Shown here piece by piece: positions 38,809 to 48,488 of a stretch of 64,000 nt of DNA. The notes under the pieces were generated by a model. It saw only the letters and a program-made list of their open reading frames with translations, searched no databases and was not told the origin of the DNA. The translations under genes and the position numbers were made by a program. The stretch spans positions 416,001-480,000 of the forward strand of contig JAZDKJ010000006.1 of NCBI GenBank assembly GCA_043803105.1, in the 5' to 3' direction. Position 1 is the first letter of the stretch; each line of letters begins with the position of its first letter. Source of the stretch: Candidatus Woesearchaeota archaeon. GTDB lineage: Archaea > Nanobdellota > Nanobdellia > Woesearchaeales > JAZDKJ01.

Positions 38809-39078
38809 TCAATCAACTGTAAACAGGGTGCTGTCCCTCACCTTGAAGAATCCGAGCCTTGCTCCGCAGTCAAGCCATCCGTGCGCATAGTTGATGCAGG
38901 CGAAAGAATTCACTATGTCTCCTTTGTCTTTGAAATGCATTGCGTCCCTGTAATATCTGTCTGCCATGTCCCAGACTATCTCTGCCCCTGGCTTGTCAAA
39001 GTTCTCTTTTGCCATTTCCAACGCTTTCACTGTTATTTCAACGTACTTCGCCAGGTGCTTGTCAGTTATCTCCCTCAT
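38809..39078 (-). CDS. DUF357 protein
   Basis: MADRYYRDAMHF..GD.VNSFACINYAHGWLDCGARLG. Confidence 0.92.
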   Translation of the reverse strand: MREITDKHLAKYVEITVKALEMAKENFDKPGAEIVWDMADRYYRDAMHFKDKGDIVNSFACINYAHGWLDCGARLGFFKVRDSTLFTVD

Positions 39079-39150
39079 TCTTTATTAGAATCTTTTTTTG
39101 CTTTTATTACTTTCGGAACATATATAAATTCGCAGGCTGACCTTTCGCCA

Positions 39151-39813
39151 ATGACGCTCTTCAACAGGCGCAGGAAAGTTTTCAGCCGGATATATTTGTA
39201 TGCTCTGGCAGTCTGCGTTCTGAGCACGTACCTCTACATTAACATTGTCGATGATCTAGTGAATAAGGAGACTGTCACAAACCTTGACCAGTTATTGTAT
39301 GGTGGCATTTCCTCCTTGTGGTCAGGCCCCTTAACCCAATTTATGGTGCTGATTACAAATCTTGGAAGCACTTTTGCACTCTTGTCATTCTCTGTTGCCC
39401 TTGGGCTTGTCCTTGCCTATCGGAAAAAATGGTACAAGCTGGTATTTCTCGCCGCGTCCATGCTCTTGGGCCTGATGCTTGAACTCTTGACAAAACAATT
39501 TGTGCAGAGGCCTAGGCCTGATGGGTTGATTCCTGTTACTGGCTATAGTTTTCCGAGCGGCCACGCAACTATGGCAATTATTTTCTTTGCTGTTGCGCTT
39601 TTTACTTACAAGGGTGAGCTAAAAGCGCTGTGGCTATGGTACTCATTTGTTGTCTTGATGGTTGCTCTTCCCCTGTTGATAGCCTTCAGCAGGATTTACC
39701 TAAGGGTGCATTATTTTTCAGACGTCATAGGGGGTCTTCTTCTGGGAGTCTTTGTGTTATGCTTTACCCTGCTTGTGTTGCGCCTTTTCTGGAAAACCAA
39801 AAATTTATATTGA
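39151..39813 (+). CDS. PAP2-family membrane phosphatase
   Basis: K...QRPRP, YSFPSGHA, SRIYLRVHYFSDVIGG. Confidence 0.93.
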   Translation: MTLFNRRRKVFSRIYLYALAVCVLSTYLYINIVDDLVNKETVTNLDQLLYGGISSLWSGPLTQFMVLITNLGSTFALLSFSVALGLVLAYRKKWYKLVFLAASMLLGLMLELLTKQFVQRPRPDGLIPVTGYSFPSGHATMAIIFFAVALFTYKGELKALWLWYSFVVLMVALPLLIAFSRIYLRVHYFSDVIGGLLLGVFVLCFTLLVLRLFWKTKNLY

Positions 39814-39846
39814 GCTACGGTTGCATGTCTATAAAAAGAGGTTGGA

Positions 39847-41148
39847 ATGGCTAAGATAAAATCTGTTAAGGCTCGTGAGGTTCTTGATTCTCGCGGTAAT
39901 CCGACTGTTGAGGTCCAATTGTTCTCAAAGGACAATTCTGCATCTGCAATTGTGCCTTCAGGCGCGAGCAAGGGTGCTCGCGAGGCTGTTGAGATAAGAG
40001 ATCATGATTCCAGGTTTCATGGCAATGGTGTCCGCAATGCAATCCAGCACATAAATGAGGTTATTGCTCCCAAGATAATCGGTTTGGATTGTGCTGACCA
40101 GGAAAAACTCGATAATCTGATGCTTGAGCTTGACGGAACTTCAAATAAGTCAAAGCTCGGCGCCAATGCAATCCTTGCTGTCAGCATGGCTAACTGCAGG
40201 CTTGCATCCCTTGAAAGAAAGCTTCCGCTCTATTCCCATATTGCATCGTTGTGCAATGAGACCCAATTTGTGCTGCCTGTTCCGTGCATGAACATCATCA
40301 ACGGCGGTGCCCACGCTGGCAATACGCTTAGCGTCCAGGAATTCATGATAATCCCTGTTGGGGCTCCAAGCTTTTGTGAGGCTGTCCGCATGTGTGTAGA
40401 AACTTATGACACACTAAAGCAGCTTCTGAGGCATATTTACAACAAGTCCGCAACCAATGTGGGTGATGAAGGCGGCTTTGCCCCTCCAATAAAGCGCACG
40501 CCTGATGCGATAAAACTCATCACTGGAGCAATCAAGGAGAACGGCTATGAAGGCAAGATCAAGATCGGGCTTGATGTTGCTTCAACGCAGCTGTTTGACC
40601 AAGGCTTCTATCACATTGACGGAGAAAAGCTTTCGCCAGAGCAGATGGTTTCCTTCTACGAGAATCTTTGTAAGCAATTTCCCATTGTTAGCATCGAAGA
40701 CCCTTTTGAAGAGGAATCTTTTGAGTCCTTTGCAAAGCTTACTAGTGCTATCGGCAATGATGTCCAGATTGTTGGCGACGACTTACTGGTGAGCAATGTT
40801 CTTCGGGTTCAAAAGGCTATCTCAGAGAAGGCAGGAAATGCTTTGCTTCTCAAGCCCAATCAGATAGGCACTGTTACTGAAGCTATAAGGGCAGCAAGGC
40901 TTGCCTCTTCGCATGATTTTGGTGTTATGGTCTCTCATCGAAGCGGAGATTCTGAGGACACATTCATTGCTGACCTTGCTGTGGGCATCTCTTCTGGCCA
41001 GATAAAGTCCGGCGCACCTTGCCGTTCAGAGAGGACTTCTAAATACAATCAGTTGTTGCGTATTGAGGAAGAGCTGGGTTCAAAAGCAATTTATGCTGGC
41101 AAGTTCTTCAGGAATCCGAGGATGGCTAAGTTGAAGTTTGAGGGATAA
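39847..41148 (+). CDS. eno: enolase
   Basis: LDSRGNPTVEV, VPSGAS, GDEGGFAP, SIEDPF, VGDDL, LLKPNQIGT, SHRSGDSED. Confidence 0.98.
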   Translation: MAKIKSVKAREVLDSRGNPTVEVQLFSKDNSASAIVPSGASKGAREAVEIRDHDSRFHGNGVRNAIQHINEVIAPKIIGLDCADQEKLDNLMLELDGTSNKSKLGANAILAVSMANCRLASLERKLPLYSHIASLCNETQFVLPVPCMNIINGGAHAGNTLSVQEFMIIPVGAPSFCEAVRMCVETYDTLKQLLRHIYNKSATNVGDEGGFAPPIKRTPDAIKLITGAIKENGYEGKIKIGLDVASTQLFDQGFYHIDGEKLSPEQMVSFYENLCKQFPIVSIEDPFEEESFESFAKLTSAIGNDVQIVGDDLLVSNVLRVQKAISEKAGNALLLKPNQIGTVTEAIRAARLASSHDFGVMVSHRSGDSEDTFIADLAVGISSGQIKSGAPCRSERTSKYNQLLRIEEELGSKAIYAGKFFRNPRMAKLKFEG

Positions 41149-41239
41149 TAGCGAATCTCTTTAATTATTGAACAATTGTGAGATTCGCTAGAATAGCAAA
41201 TTGCATGCCAAAAAGTTCCATTATTTATACGATTTGCTA
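41149..41239. terminator. two tandem inverted repeats between convergent eno and gpmA
   Basis: TAGCGAATCTC/GAGATTCGCTA (41149-41190) and TAGCAAATTG/CGATTTGCTA (41194-41239). Confidence 0.5.
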
Positions 41240-41248
41240 TAATATCTA

Positions 41249-41992
41249 TTATCTTGCTGCTTTTCCCTGTTGTTTTACACTGTTTATTGCAGCTTGCATC
41301 TCGGTATTACTAGCTAGATAATAATGTTTTACAGGTTTGAATCTCTTGTCAAATTCATAAACCAGCGGAATCCCAACAGGAATGTTTGTTTTCATTATTT
41401 GTTCATCACTCATCTCATCAAGGTATTTCATAAGGGCCCTAAGGCTGTTGCCATGCGCTGCAATCAAGATCTTTTTTCCACTTCTGAGTCCTGGTAAGAT
41501 CTCCTTTTTCCAGTAAGGCAAGAACCGTCTGACAACGTCCTTAAGGCTTTCTGCCCTAGGCGGATTTTTGATCTCCTTGTAGGCTGCTTTTTCTTTGGCG
41601 TATATCCTGCCATTCTTGTCAAGTGCTGGCGGTCTGACACTATAGCTTCTTCTCCATATCAGAACCTGCTTCTCTCCATATTTTGCCGCTGTTTCTGCCT
41701 TGTTTAAGCCTTGCAATGCTCCGTAATGCCTTTCGTTAAGTCGCCAGCTTTTTTTAATAGGTATTTTGTTGTGTTCCATCTCTTTTAGCGTTAAGTCAAG
41801 TGTATGCCTTGCCCTTTTCAGAGGTGATGCATATGCAATATCAAAGGTGAATCCTTTAGCCTTTAGTCTTCTGCCCGCTTCTTTTGCCTGCCGTATGCCT
41901 ACATTTGACAGTTCAACATCAGTCCATCCTGTGAACCTGTTTTCTTTATTCCACAGGCTTTCTCCATGTCTAAGAAGCACTAGTTTAATCAT
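41249..41992 (-). CDS. gpmA: 2,3-bisphosphoglycerate-dependent phosphoglycerate mutase
   Basis: LRHGESLWNKENRFTGWTDV, LNERHYGALQGLNK, WRRSY, AAHGNSLRAL. Confidence 0.97.
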   Translation of the reverse strand: MIKLVLLRHGESLWNKENRFTGWTDVELSNVGIRQAKEAGRRLKAKGFTFDIAYASPLKRARHTLDLTLKEMEHNKIPIKKSWRLNERHYGALQGLNKAETAAKYGEKQVLIWRRSYSVRPPALDKNGRIYAKEKAAYKEIKNPPRAESLKDVVRRFLPYWKKEILPGLRSGKKILIAAHGNSLRALMKYLDEMSDEQIMKTNIPVGIPLVYEFDKRFKPVKHYYLASNTEMQAAINSVKQQGKAAR

Positions 41993-42027
41993 TCACTCTG
42001 TCTTCTATTCCCTTGTATAAATAGTTT

Positions 42028-42159
42028 GTCAAAAACCACCCTTCCCAGACTGGTGGCATGATTAGGGTGGTTTTTGACGCTCAGAATTCCATTGTTTTTG
42101 TGGTTTTTGAGCACACAGAATTCGGCCCAAACCACCAATGACAGACTGGTGGAATTCTG
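42028..42159. repeat. composite inverted/direct repeat element
   Basis: 15-bp IR GTCAAAAACCACCCT/AGGGTGGTTTTTGAC (42028-42078); 10-bp IR CAGAATTCCA/TGGAATTCTG (42082-42159); CAGACTGGTGG and GTGGTTTTTGA each occur twice. Confidence 0.7.
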
Positions 42160-42203
42160 TTGTTTCAAAATGTTTTTATAGGCGGATTTTTTTGTTGGAA
42201 CAT

Positions 42204-42863
42204 ATGTACATTGAGAAGATAATATCCCTGTTGAAAAAAAGATATCCAACTACTTATTTGTCAAGAGTTGAGACTCCCTTCCGCGTTCTGATTTCCACAG
42301 TGCTTTCCCAGAGGACTCGCGACGAGAACACAGAGAAAGCGTCAAACCAGCTTTTCAAGGTTTACAAGACCAATTCAGCGCTTGCCAAAGCACCAGTCAA
42401 GAAAGTTGAGCGGCTGATTAAGCCTTCAGGCTTCTATAAAATAAAAGCTAAAAGGATTGTGGCCATAGCCAAAGATTTGGAGTTGCGTTTCAATGGTCAG
42501 GTTCCAGATAAGCTCGATGACCTTCTCTCGCTTTACGGTGTCGGCAGAAAAACAGCCAATTGCGTTCTTGTTTACGCTTTCAGGAAGCCAGCCATACCTG
42601 TCGACACACACGTGCACAGAATCTCCAACCTTATCGGCTGGGTTAAGACAAAGACTCCAGAGCAGACTGAATTAAGGCTTATGAAATTGATACCTCGTAA
42701 GTACTGGATTTTGTTGAACGAGCTCCTCGTTACTCACGGCCAGAATATCTGCATTCCAAGAAATCCCAGGTGCGAGACTTGTCCAATAAGCCCTTATTGT
42801 GATTATTGTAGAAAGAAGTTAATCCTTAGGCAAAAGCAAGTGCCAAGCTCCGTCTTTGAATGA
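42204..42863 (+). CDS. nth: endonuclease III
   Basis: [12 protein letters not shown], Hh[20 protein letters not shown]-x6-C-x2-C-x5-C 4Fe-4S motif. Confidence 0.96.
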   Translation: MYIEKIISLLKKRYPTTYLSRVETPFRVLISTVLSQRTRDENTEKASNQLFKVYKTNSALAKAPVKKVERLIKPSGFYKIKAKRIVAIAKDLELRFNGQVPDKLDDLLSLYGVGRKTANCVLVYAFRKPAIPVDTHVHRISNLIGWVKTKTPEQTELRLMKLIPRKYWILLNELLVTHGQNICIPRNPRCETCPISPYCDYCRKKLILRQKQVPSSVFE

Positions 42864-43427
42864 CTCGATTCGCTTGTAAAGGAAGCTCTGCATGCCCATT
42901 TGTGACCCTGCCCTAAAATTCTCTTCCTGATCATCAAAGTACATTATCGTGTTGGGCTCTACTCCGGCTGTAGAGATGCATCTTTGGAAGAATTCTGCGG
43001 CTGGTTTTTTGCATCCAATCTCTGCCGAGGAAATTATTCCGTCAAGAAGCTTGCCAAAACCCATTTGGTTTCTGATATATTCCGTCCTGTACTTCTCATT
43101 GTTTGTCGCCAAATAGCACTTAATCCCGTTTTTCCTTATTGTTTGGACCATTTCCATTAGCTCTTTATTTACATGGCTTTCTGGCTCGAACCATTCCTTA
43201 AGGAATTTGTCGATTGTCCCTTTCCAGCCCCAGTCCTTAAGAAAGCCGGGCAGCACCTCACGCAGGTCTTTTTTGCCGATTTGGCAATCCTGGAAGACTC
43301 CTGTATAGAACGGGACGATTTTGGATGAAGGAATTCCATAATTCCTCTCAAGCCTTTGGCTAGAATTCAGTTGCGGCTTTTTGATAAGCACCCCATCAGC
43401 GTCAAACAATACAACCTTGGTTTCCAT
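42819..43427 (-). CDS. HAD-superfamily phosphatase (subfamily IA)
   Basis: [29 protein letters not shown]. Confidence 0.88.
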   Translation of the reverse strand: METKVVLFDADGVLIKKPQLNSSQRLERNYGIPSSKIVPFYTGVFQDCQIGKKDLREVLPGFLKDWGWKGTIDKFLKEWFEPESHVNKELMEMVQTIRKNGIKCYLATNNEKYRTEYIRNQMGFGKLLDGIISSAEIGCKKPAAEFFQRCISTAGVEPNTIMYFDDQEENFRAGSQMGMQSFLYKRIESFKDGAWHLLLPKD

Positions 43428-43451
43428 GGTTGTAGAAATGCAGGATACCTT

Positions 43452-44192
43452 TTAAAGCTTCATGCCCAGGAATGGGTCTTTTGGCACTTGCTGTATTGAC
43501 TCGAGATACTCTCTAGAGCGTAGGCATTCAGCACTGGAAGTGTTCTCGATGATGTTCTTTACATCAGGTTTTGTTAGCCTTCCAATCACGCTCTTCCATT
43601 CAATTATTCCCAAGCCCAGGCTCATATGGCTGTCAATCTCCAATAGGTTATCGCTCAGGTGAAAATAGTATATCTGAAGCTCATGGCCAAGCTTCTGCTT
43701 AGTTAAAGCTCCGTGTCCAAAGTCATAGACTATACCTATTCCTTGTACCTCTTGCTTTATCCTTGCCAGGTCAGTTATAGTCCCTCCTACCCTAGAGTCA
43801 TGCGGCATGTTCTCAACCAGTATCTGCGGTCCTTTGCCCAGATACTTGCCAAGCAATGCTCCAAGTGATTTTATGAACTGCTGGAACCTGATCTCTTTCT
43901 GCTCTGATGTTTTATTCATCTTATCAGGATGCAATACATAATGAGTACATTCTAGTTCTATTGCTGCATCAAGCGATTCCTCAATCATCTGCATTCTGCT
44001 CAAGCCTTCAAAAGGACCGTGCATAGAATAATCTAGCTTTCTTGACTTTAGGTCCGCAATTGCCTCTTTGCTTACTGGATTCTGGAACATTAGCTCTATT
44101 GTGCTAAATCTTGCCTTCTGCAGTTCATCCACAACTGACCTTATGTCTTGGCCTGTAATCAGGCTGTAGTAAGTGCTTGCGCCTATTCTCAT
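43452..44192 (-). CDS. xylose-isomerase-like TIM barrel (sugar phosphate isomerase/epimerase family)
   Basis: IEL, SMHGP, VLHP, VENMP, DFGH, HLSDN..DSHMSLGLG.IEW, IIE. Confidence 0.85.
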   Translation of the reverse strand: MRIGASTYYSLITGQDIRSVVDELQKARFSTIELMFQNPVSKEAIADLKSRKLDYSMHGPFEGLSRMQMIEESLDAAIELECTHYVLHPDKMNKTSEQKEIRFQQFIKSLGALLGKYLGKGPQILVENMPHDSRVGGTITDLARIKQEVQGIGIVYDFGHGALTKQKLGHELQIYYFHLSDNLLEIDSHMSLGLGIIEWKSVIGRLTKPDVKNIIENTSSAECLRSREYLESIQQVPKDPFLGMKL

Positions 44193-44289
44193 AGTTGAAG
44201 GCAAATCCTGATGCTTTTTTAAACCTTTACCACTAAGTTTTTTAAAGTTCTGATGTTATCCTGCTGCTATACAACACTATTAATCACAA

Positions 44290-44811
44290 ATGAAACTCGA
44301 ACAATTAGTCAGTGATTTGGACGCTGCCTTGAAATCTGGCTCTGTTCAAGGTGTCAAGAGTTTGGGCATCAATGACAACTACAGGATTTTGCTAAAGTCC
44401 GACTTCGATTTTATCCTGTCAAAGCTGCTTGAGGCTCGCTATGCCTTGAAGAGCATCCAACCAGGGAGGAATCAATACAATTATTTGTTGTTGCATCATT
44501 CCCTTCCTGTTCTGCTCGTTGCCTATAAGGGTGTCGCGACTGGAGACACCACCTTTCACTGCAGTGATGGATTGACCAAGGCAGAATCTTTTCACTTTAA
44601 CAAGCAGGTTAAAGACTTCAATGCAACATTGGTGTTTCATCCAAGTGAAGCCCTTGAGATTTCTGATGCCAGTTTTGTGAATGTTGGCAATTCTGTCCTT
44701 GAGGTTGCAAAACTGATAAGGGATAATTACATTCCAGCTTGTTTCCCGACTGCTTTTGCCAGCATGAAGGACTGTGATGTTTCAAAGATTGTCTACTATC
44801 CAGACTTGTAG
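44290..44811 (+). CDS. hypothetical protein
   Basis: 173-aa ORF with upstream TTTTTAAA box. Confidence 0.55.
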   Translation: MKLEQLVSDLDAALKSGSVQGVKSLGINDNYRILLKSDFDFILSKLLEARYALKSIQPGRNQYNYLLLHHSLPVLLVAYKGVATGDTTFHCSDGLTKAESFHFNKQVKDFNATLVFHPSEALEISDASFVNVGNSVLEVAKLIRDNYIPACFPTAFASMKDCDVSKIVYYPDL

Positions 44812-45728
44812 AATTCTGCTGCTTTCTCTGGCGGCATGGAATTGATGATTATGTTTGAGAGGAACTCAAATCCTGCCCAGTTTGCGATCCTGGGCAACAA
44901 CTCGATGTGAAAGTGCAGGTCTGCTTTTTTTGGCGAGTAGTGCAGCACAAAATTATAGTCTGCCTGTATGCTCGCAAGCTTTGCCAATATCTTGTGGAGT
45001 AGCTCAGCGCATTCCTTAAACTCTTGCTCTGAGAATTCTGTTATGCTTTTCATGTGCTTTCTCGGCAGTATCCATGCCTCGTAATTGAATCTTGATGCAT
45101 AAGGCGCGATTGCCACAAATGAGGCATTCTCAAAGATAAACCTTGCTGACTGCTTTTCTTTCTTGATGATTTCGCAGTAAGGGCAGCTCTTGAATTTCCT
45201 TGCAGCCTTTACCTCATCAGTAACCAATGGTGGCACAAGGTTTAGGCTTACAACCTGCGTGTGCGTATGAATTATTGACGTGCCAGCTGCCTCGCCTTGG
45301 TTCTTGAATACCAAAACATATTTTGCCTCTTTTGACAATTCAACTATTCTGTTGCTGTAGACCTTTAATATCTTGGCCAGGTGGTCGACAGTAAGGTCTG
45401 CCAGCTGCTTGTCATGGTCAGGCGTCTCCGCTATTACCTCATGGCTTCCGTAAGCTGCACCATGCGTGAAGAACATGTCTTTCTCAATTTCAGGTTTTCC
45501 TTCCTTGCTTGATGCTGGAAACTTGTTCGGGAACCACCTTATTGTCCATTTGTCATTTTCTGCTAACCTTCCTATTTCTGGCGGGGTGTTCCCTTCATTT
45601 CCAGGACAAAAAAAGCATGTTCCTATTTCTTTTTGCTGCTTCACATCCTCAAACTGCTTTGGCCTTTTTGCCCTTGCCTCTGAAATTATGACCCATCTGT
45701 CAAGAATATAGTCTTTGCGAAGTTCCAT
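44796..45728 (-). CDS. galT: galactose-1-phosphate uridylyltransferase (HIT superfamily)
   Basis: RAKRP, CFFCPGNE, PNKFP, HEVIAETPDH, FKNQGEAAGTSIIHTHTQ, HFHIE. Confidence 0.92.
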   Translation of the reverse strand: MELRKDYILDRWVIISEARAKRPKQFEDVKQQKEIGTCFFCPGNEGNTPPEIGRLAENDKWTIRWFPNKFPASSKEGKPEIEKDMFFTHGAAYGSHEVIAETPDHDKQLADLTVDHLAKILKVYSNRIVELSKEAKYVLVFKNQGEAAGTSIIHTHTQVVSLNLVPPLVTDEVKAARKFKSCPYCEIIKKEKQSARFIFENASFVAIAPYASRFNYEAWILPRKHMKSITEFSEQEFKECAELLHKILAKLASIQADYNFVLHYSPKKADLHFHIELLPRIANWAGFEFLSNIIINSMPPEKAAEFYKSG

Positions 45729-45749
45729 AACCTCAATTCCTTTCGGCCC

Positions 45750-46136
45750 TTATTTAAAAGTTTCGAAACTCTTTGTCATGAGGATTGGCTGAAGTTTTTT
45801 TACTGTGAAGATTAAGACAAGACTTGCTCCAATCATGTCAAAGATGAGGTCTACTATGCTTGCTGTCCTTCCAGGGACTATCATCTGGTGCACTTCGTCT
45901 GTGTACCCTACTAAAACTGTAAAGGTCATAGCCAAGAGGAACTTGTAACTATAGTCATAGAACACCCTCAGCATAAGTACTGAAAGCACAAAGAATTCTA
46001 TGATATGCAGTACATAACTCCCGTATCCTTCTGTCAGGATACTATTCCTCAATCTGAAAGAGGATAATATGAAGATAAGCAAAACATATGCCAAAAGTGG
46101 AAACCATTTTGCTAAGAACTTTATTTCTTTAACCAT
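45750..46136 (-). CDS. VanZ-family membrane protein
   Basis: LIFILSS, LHIIEFFVL, DEVHQMIVPGRTASIVDLIFD. Confidence 0.9.
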   Translation of the reverse strand: MVKEIKFLAKWFPLLAYVLLIFILSSFRLRNSILTEGYGSYVLHIIEFFVLSVLMLRVFYDYSYKFLLAMTFTVLVGYTDEVHQMIVPGRTASIVDLIFDMIGASLVLIFTVKKLQPILMTKSFETFK

Positions 46137-47011
46137 TTTATGTACTCTGTCAATCCCTCTGCAATCTCTTTTTCCGGTATCCATCCCAGTTCTTTTCTTG
46201 CCTTTGAATAATCTCCGAGGCTGTGGAGTATGTCTCCTGCTCTCTCTTTTTCATGTTTGATTGCTGATTTCGATTGTGCATGTTTGAGTATTAAAGCTGC
46301 CAATTCGTTAATTGTCATTTTCTTGTTTGATGCTATGTTGTATATTCCGCTTCCTTTCTTCAAGACTAACAGGTTAGCCTTCGCAATGTCTCTCACATTG
46401 ACAAAATCCCTTGTCTGCTCTCCATCCCCGAAAATTGTTATCTCCTCGTTCTTTATCGCTTTGTTAACAAATATTGGTATTGCTGCAGCATAGCCTGTTT
46501 CTGGGTTTTGCCTTGGTCCGTATACATTGAAGTATCTGAATGCAACAAAAGGCTTCTTTGATTCGTTTAAAGCCTTTTCTGCCATTACCTTTGATTCTGC
46601 GTACGGTGACAATGGCTTTAATTCGCTGTCTTCTGTCATAGGCAGTTTCGGATTGTCTCCGTACACTGCGCATGAGCTAGAGAATATGATCTTCTGCACT
46701 TCTTTGAAGGCCTTTATTATGTTCTTCGTCCCGTCAAGGTTTATCTCAAAAGTCTCCTTCGGGTTTTCAACGCTTCTTGGCACACTTACCTGTGCAGCCA
46801 GGTGAAACACATAGTCTGCACCCTTTGCTGCTTCGCCCAGCACTGAGAGGTCTCTTATGTCTCCATTGACAAACCTTGCTTTCTTGTTGATGTTCTCCTT
46901 TTTGCCTGTGGAGAGGTTGTCATAAACTATTACTTCATGGCCTAGTTCTATGAGCCTGTCGACTATATGCGATCCTATGAATCCTGCTCCTCCGGTTACG
47001 ATGGTTTTCAT
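46121..47011 (-). CDS. NAD-dependent NDP-sugar epimerase (GalE-like)
   Basis: VTGGAGFIGSH, HLAA, SSSCAVYG, YAESK, RYFNVYGPRQ, GDGEQTRDF. Confidence 0.93.
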   Translation of the reverse strand: MKTIVTGGAGFIGSHIVDRLIELGHEVIVYDNLSTGKKENINKKARFVNGDIRDLSVLGEAAKGADYVFHLAAQVSVPRSVENPKETFEINLDGTKNIIKAFKEVQKIIFSSSCAVYGDNPKLPMTEDSELKPLSPYAESKVMAEKALNESKKPFVAFRYFNVYGPRQNPETGYAAAIPIFVNKAIKNEEITIFGDGEQTRDFVNVRDIAKANLLVLKKGSGIYNIASNKKMTINELAALILKHAQSKSAIKHEKERAGDILHSLGDYSKARKELGWIPEKEIAEGLTEYIKWLKK

Positions 47012-47116
47012 TATCTTCCGTTAAACTGGCTTGCTTTAAAAACCTTGCTAGCTGCATTGCAAGTTTCAATTATATAATGGTTAAATACTATTTCCTTTCA
47101 ATAGTAGTGAAGACTC

Positions 47117-47130
47117 GAAAAACTTAAATA
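47117..47130 (+). promoter_or_regulatory. BRE/TATA promoter candidate for the PEFG-CTERM array
   Basis: GAAAAACTTAAATA upstream of 47193; GGGGGTGA SD before the ATG. Confidence 0.45.
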
Positions 47131-47192
47131 CTGCCCAACCTTAGCTAATAAAAAACAGATTTAATAAAAAAGATTCATCGGGGGTGAATTAG

Positions 47193-47774
47193 ATGAAGTG
47201 TTTAGTTTTAGGATTGGTTCTGTTAGCTGCATTGGCTGTTTCGGCTTCAGCCGCGCCACTTTGGGCGGTTGGTGGCTTTCATCAATGCAACCCGTCAGGA
47301 AATTATGGCGGAGACAGCATTAATTGCTGGGTTGTCTGGGATGGAGTAAACCAGACTTGTACTGACGCTAACAAAGATGCAACAATAACCGTTGGTTCTG
47401 TTAATTTTGAGACCACATCAATTGAGATAGAGCACCTGAACGGAATAGCGAATACAATGGATGGTTTTGATGTCGTTGACTCACAGAACAACGTAATCTG
47501 CACATTCCCTGATACAGTTCCTCTGTCAACTGAGACTTGGGAGACTCTTGTATGCAATGGCTTGAGCCTGAATGGAGTGCAGACCCTGACAATACATCCG
47601 CTGGCAGCTTCTCCATGGGACAATGGCGGTGGACTTGATTGCGCTACCTACGGACAGGTTGCGATACGGGAAGTTGAGTTTTTCGGAAACCAGGTTCCTG
47701 AGTTCGGAACGATTGCAGCCATGGTTGCACTTGCGGGTGCGGTTACAGGATTTTTTGTATTAAAAAAGAAATAG
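47193..47774 (+). CDS. secreted surface protein with PEF(G)-CTERM sorting tail (1 of 5)
   Basis: Signal peptide; C-terminus VPEFGTIAAMVALAGAVTGFFVLKKK. Confidence 0.88.
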   Translation: MKCLVLGLVLLAALAVSASAAPLWAVGGFHQCNPSGNYGGDSINCWVVWDGVNQTCTDANKDATITVGSVNFETTSIEIEHLNGIANTMDGFDVVDSQNNVICTFPDTVPLSTETWETLVCNGLSLNGVQTLTIHPLAASPWDNGGGLDCATYGQVAIREVEFFGNQVPEFGTIAAMVALAGAVTGFFVLKKK

Positions 47775-47828
47775 GTTTGGTAAAAGAGTGGTAGCAAAAA
47801 GAAGTGACTACAGCATTCGGAGGTAGTT

Positions 47829-48479
47829 ATGATGAGAAGTGTGTGTATCTTTTTGCTTGCGCTCTGCGCTCTTGTTGCAAGTGCAAGTGCGTTTTCAGAG
47901 TTAGATAGGTTTGACTTAGGCAACCTGACAAGCGAATTTGGCCATAATGTCAGTGGCTGGAGTTCGCCTGATTGGAATACTGCCGGTTGTTATGGTGGCG
48001 GTGATGACCAGACCTTCAGGACAGTCTTTCCAAGGTCTTCAGAATGTTTGACTGATGACAAGACTGCATATTTCAGTTTTGACACTGAAGGTTATGCGAA
48101 CGAGTTAAGGCTTCGCCACTTGCTTGGCAGTCAAAGCGACGCTTACTTGCTGTACATAAAGATCAACGGTGCGTGGGTCTTGCTCAACGCGAGCTCAAGC
48201 ACAAACCAGGTTTGCGGGGCATGCAACACTCAGGAGTGCTGGTACACTGATGCTTTCAGTTTCCCAGACCAGACAGGAAAAGTAGAGTTCAGGATTGTTG
48301 CTTTGAATGTTCCAGAGTCATGGTGCTCTGATTGGGGCCTTAATGCCTTCAGCTGGGCTCAATTGTGGGGAGCTCCAAGCAATGGCGGCTCGAACCCTGT
48401 TCCGGAATTTGGGACTATTGCAACAATGGTCGGCCTTGCTGGTGCAGTGACTGCATACTTTGTTATCAGAAAACAATAA
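47829..48479 (+). CDS. secreted surface protein with PEF(G)-CTERM tail (2 of 5)
   Basis: Signal peptide; Cys/Trp-rich domain; VPEFGTIATMVGLAGAVTAYFVIRKQ. Confidence 0.88.
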   Translation: MMRSVCIFLLALCALVASASAFSELDRFDLGNLTSEFGHNVSGWSSPDWNTAGCYGGGDDQTFRTVFPRSSECLTDDKTAYFSFDTEGYANELRLRHLLGSQSDAYLLYIKINGAWVLLNASSSTNQVCGACNTQECWYTDAFSFPDQTGKVEFRIVALNVPESWCSDWGLNAFSWAQLWGAPSNGGSNPVPEFGTIATMVGLAGAVTAYFVIRKQ

Positions 48480-48488
48480 GGTGCGTGG

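Noticed and set aside
38707-39150. N-terminal extension of the PAP2 ORF in the track (368 aa)
   Set aside because: Antisense shadow of DUF357; the real start is likely ATG 39151 after a TATA box.
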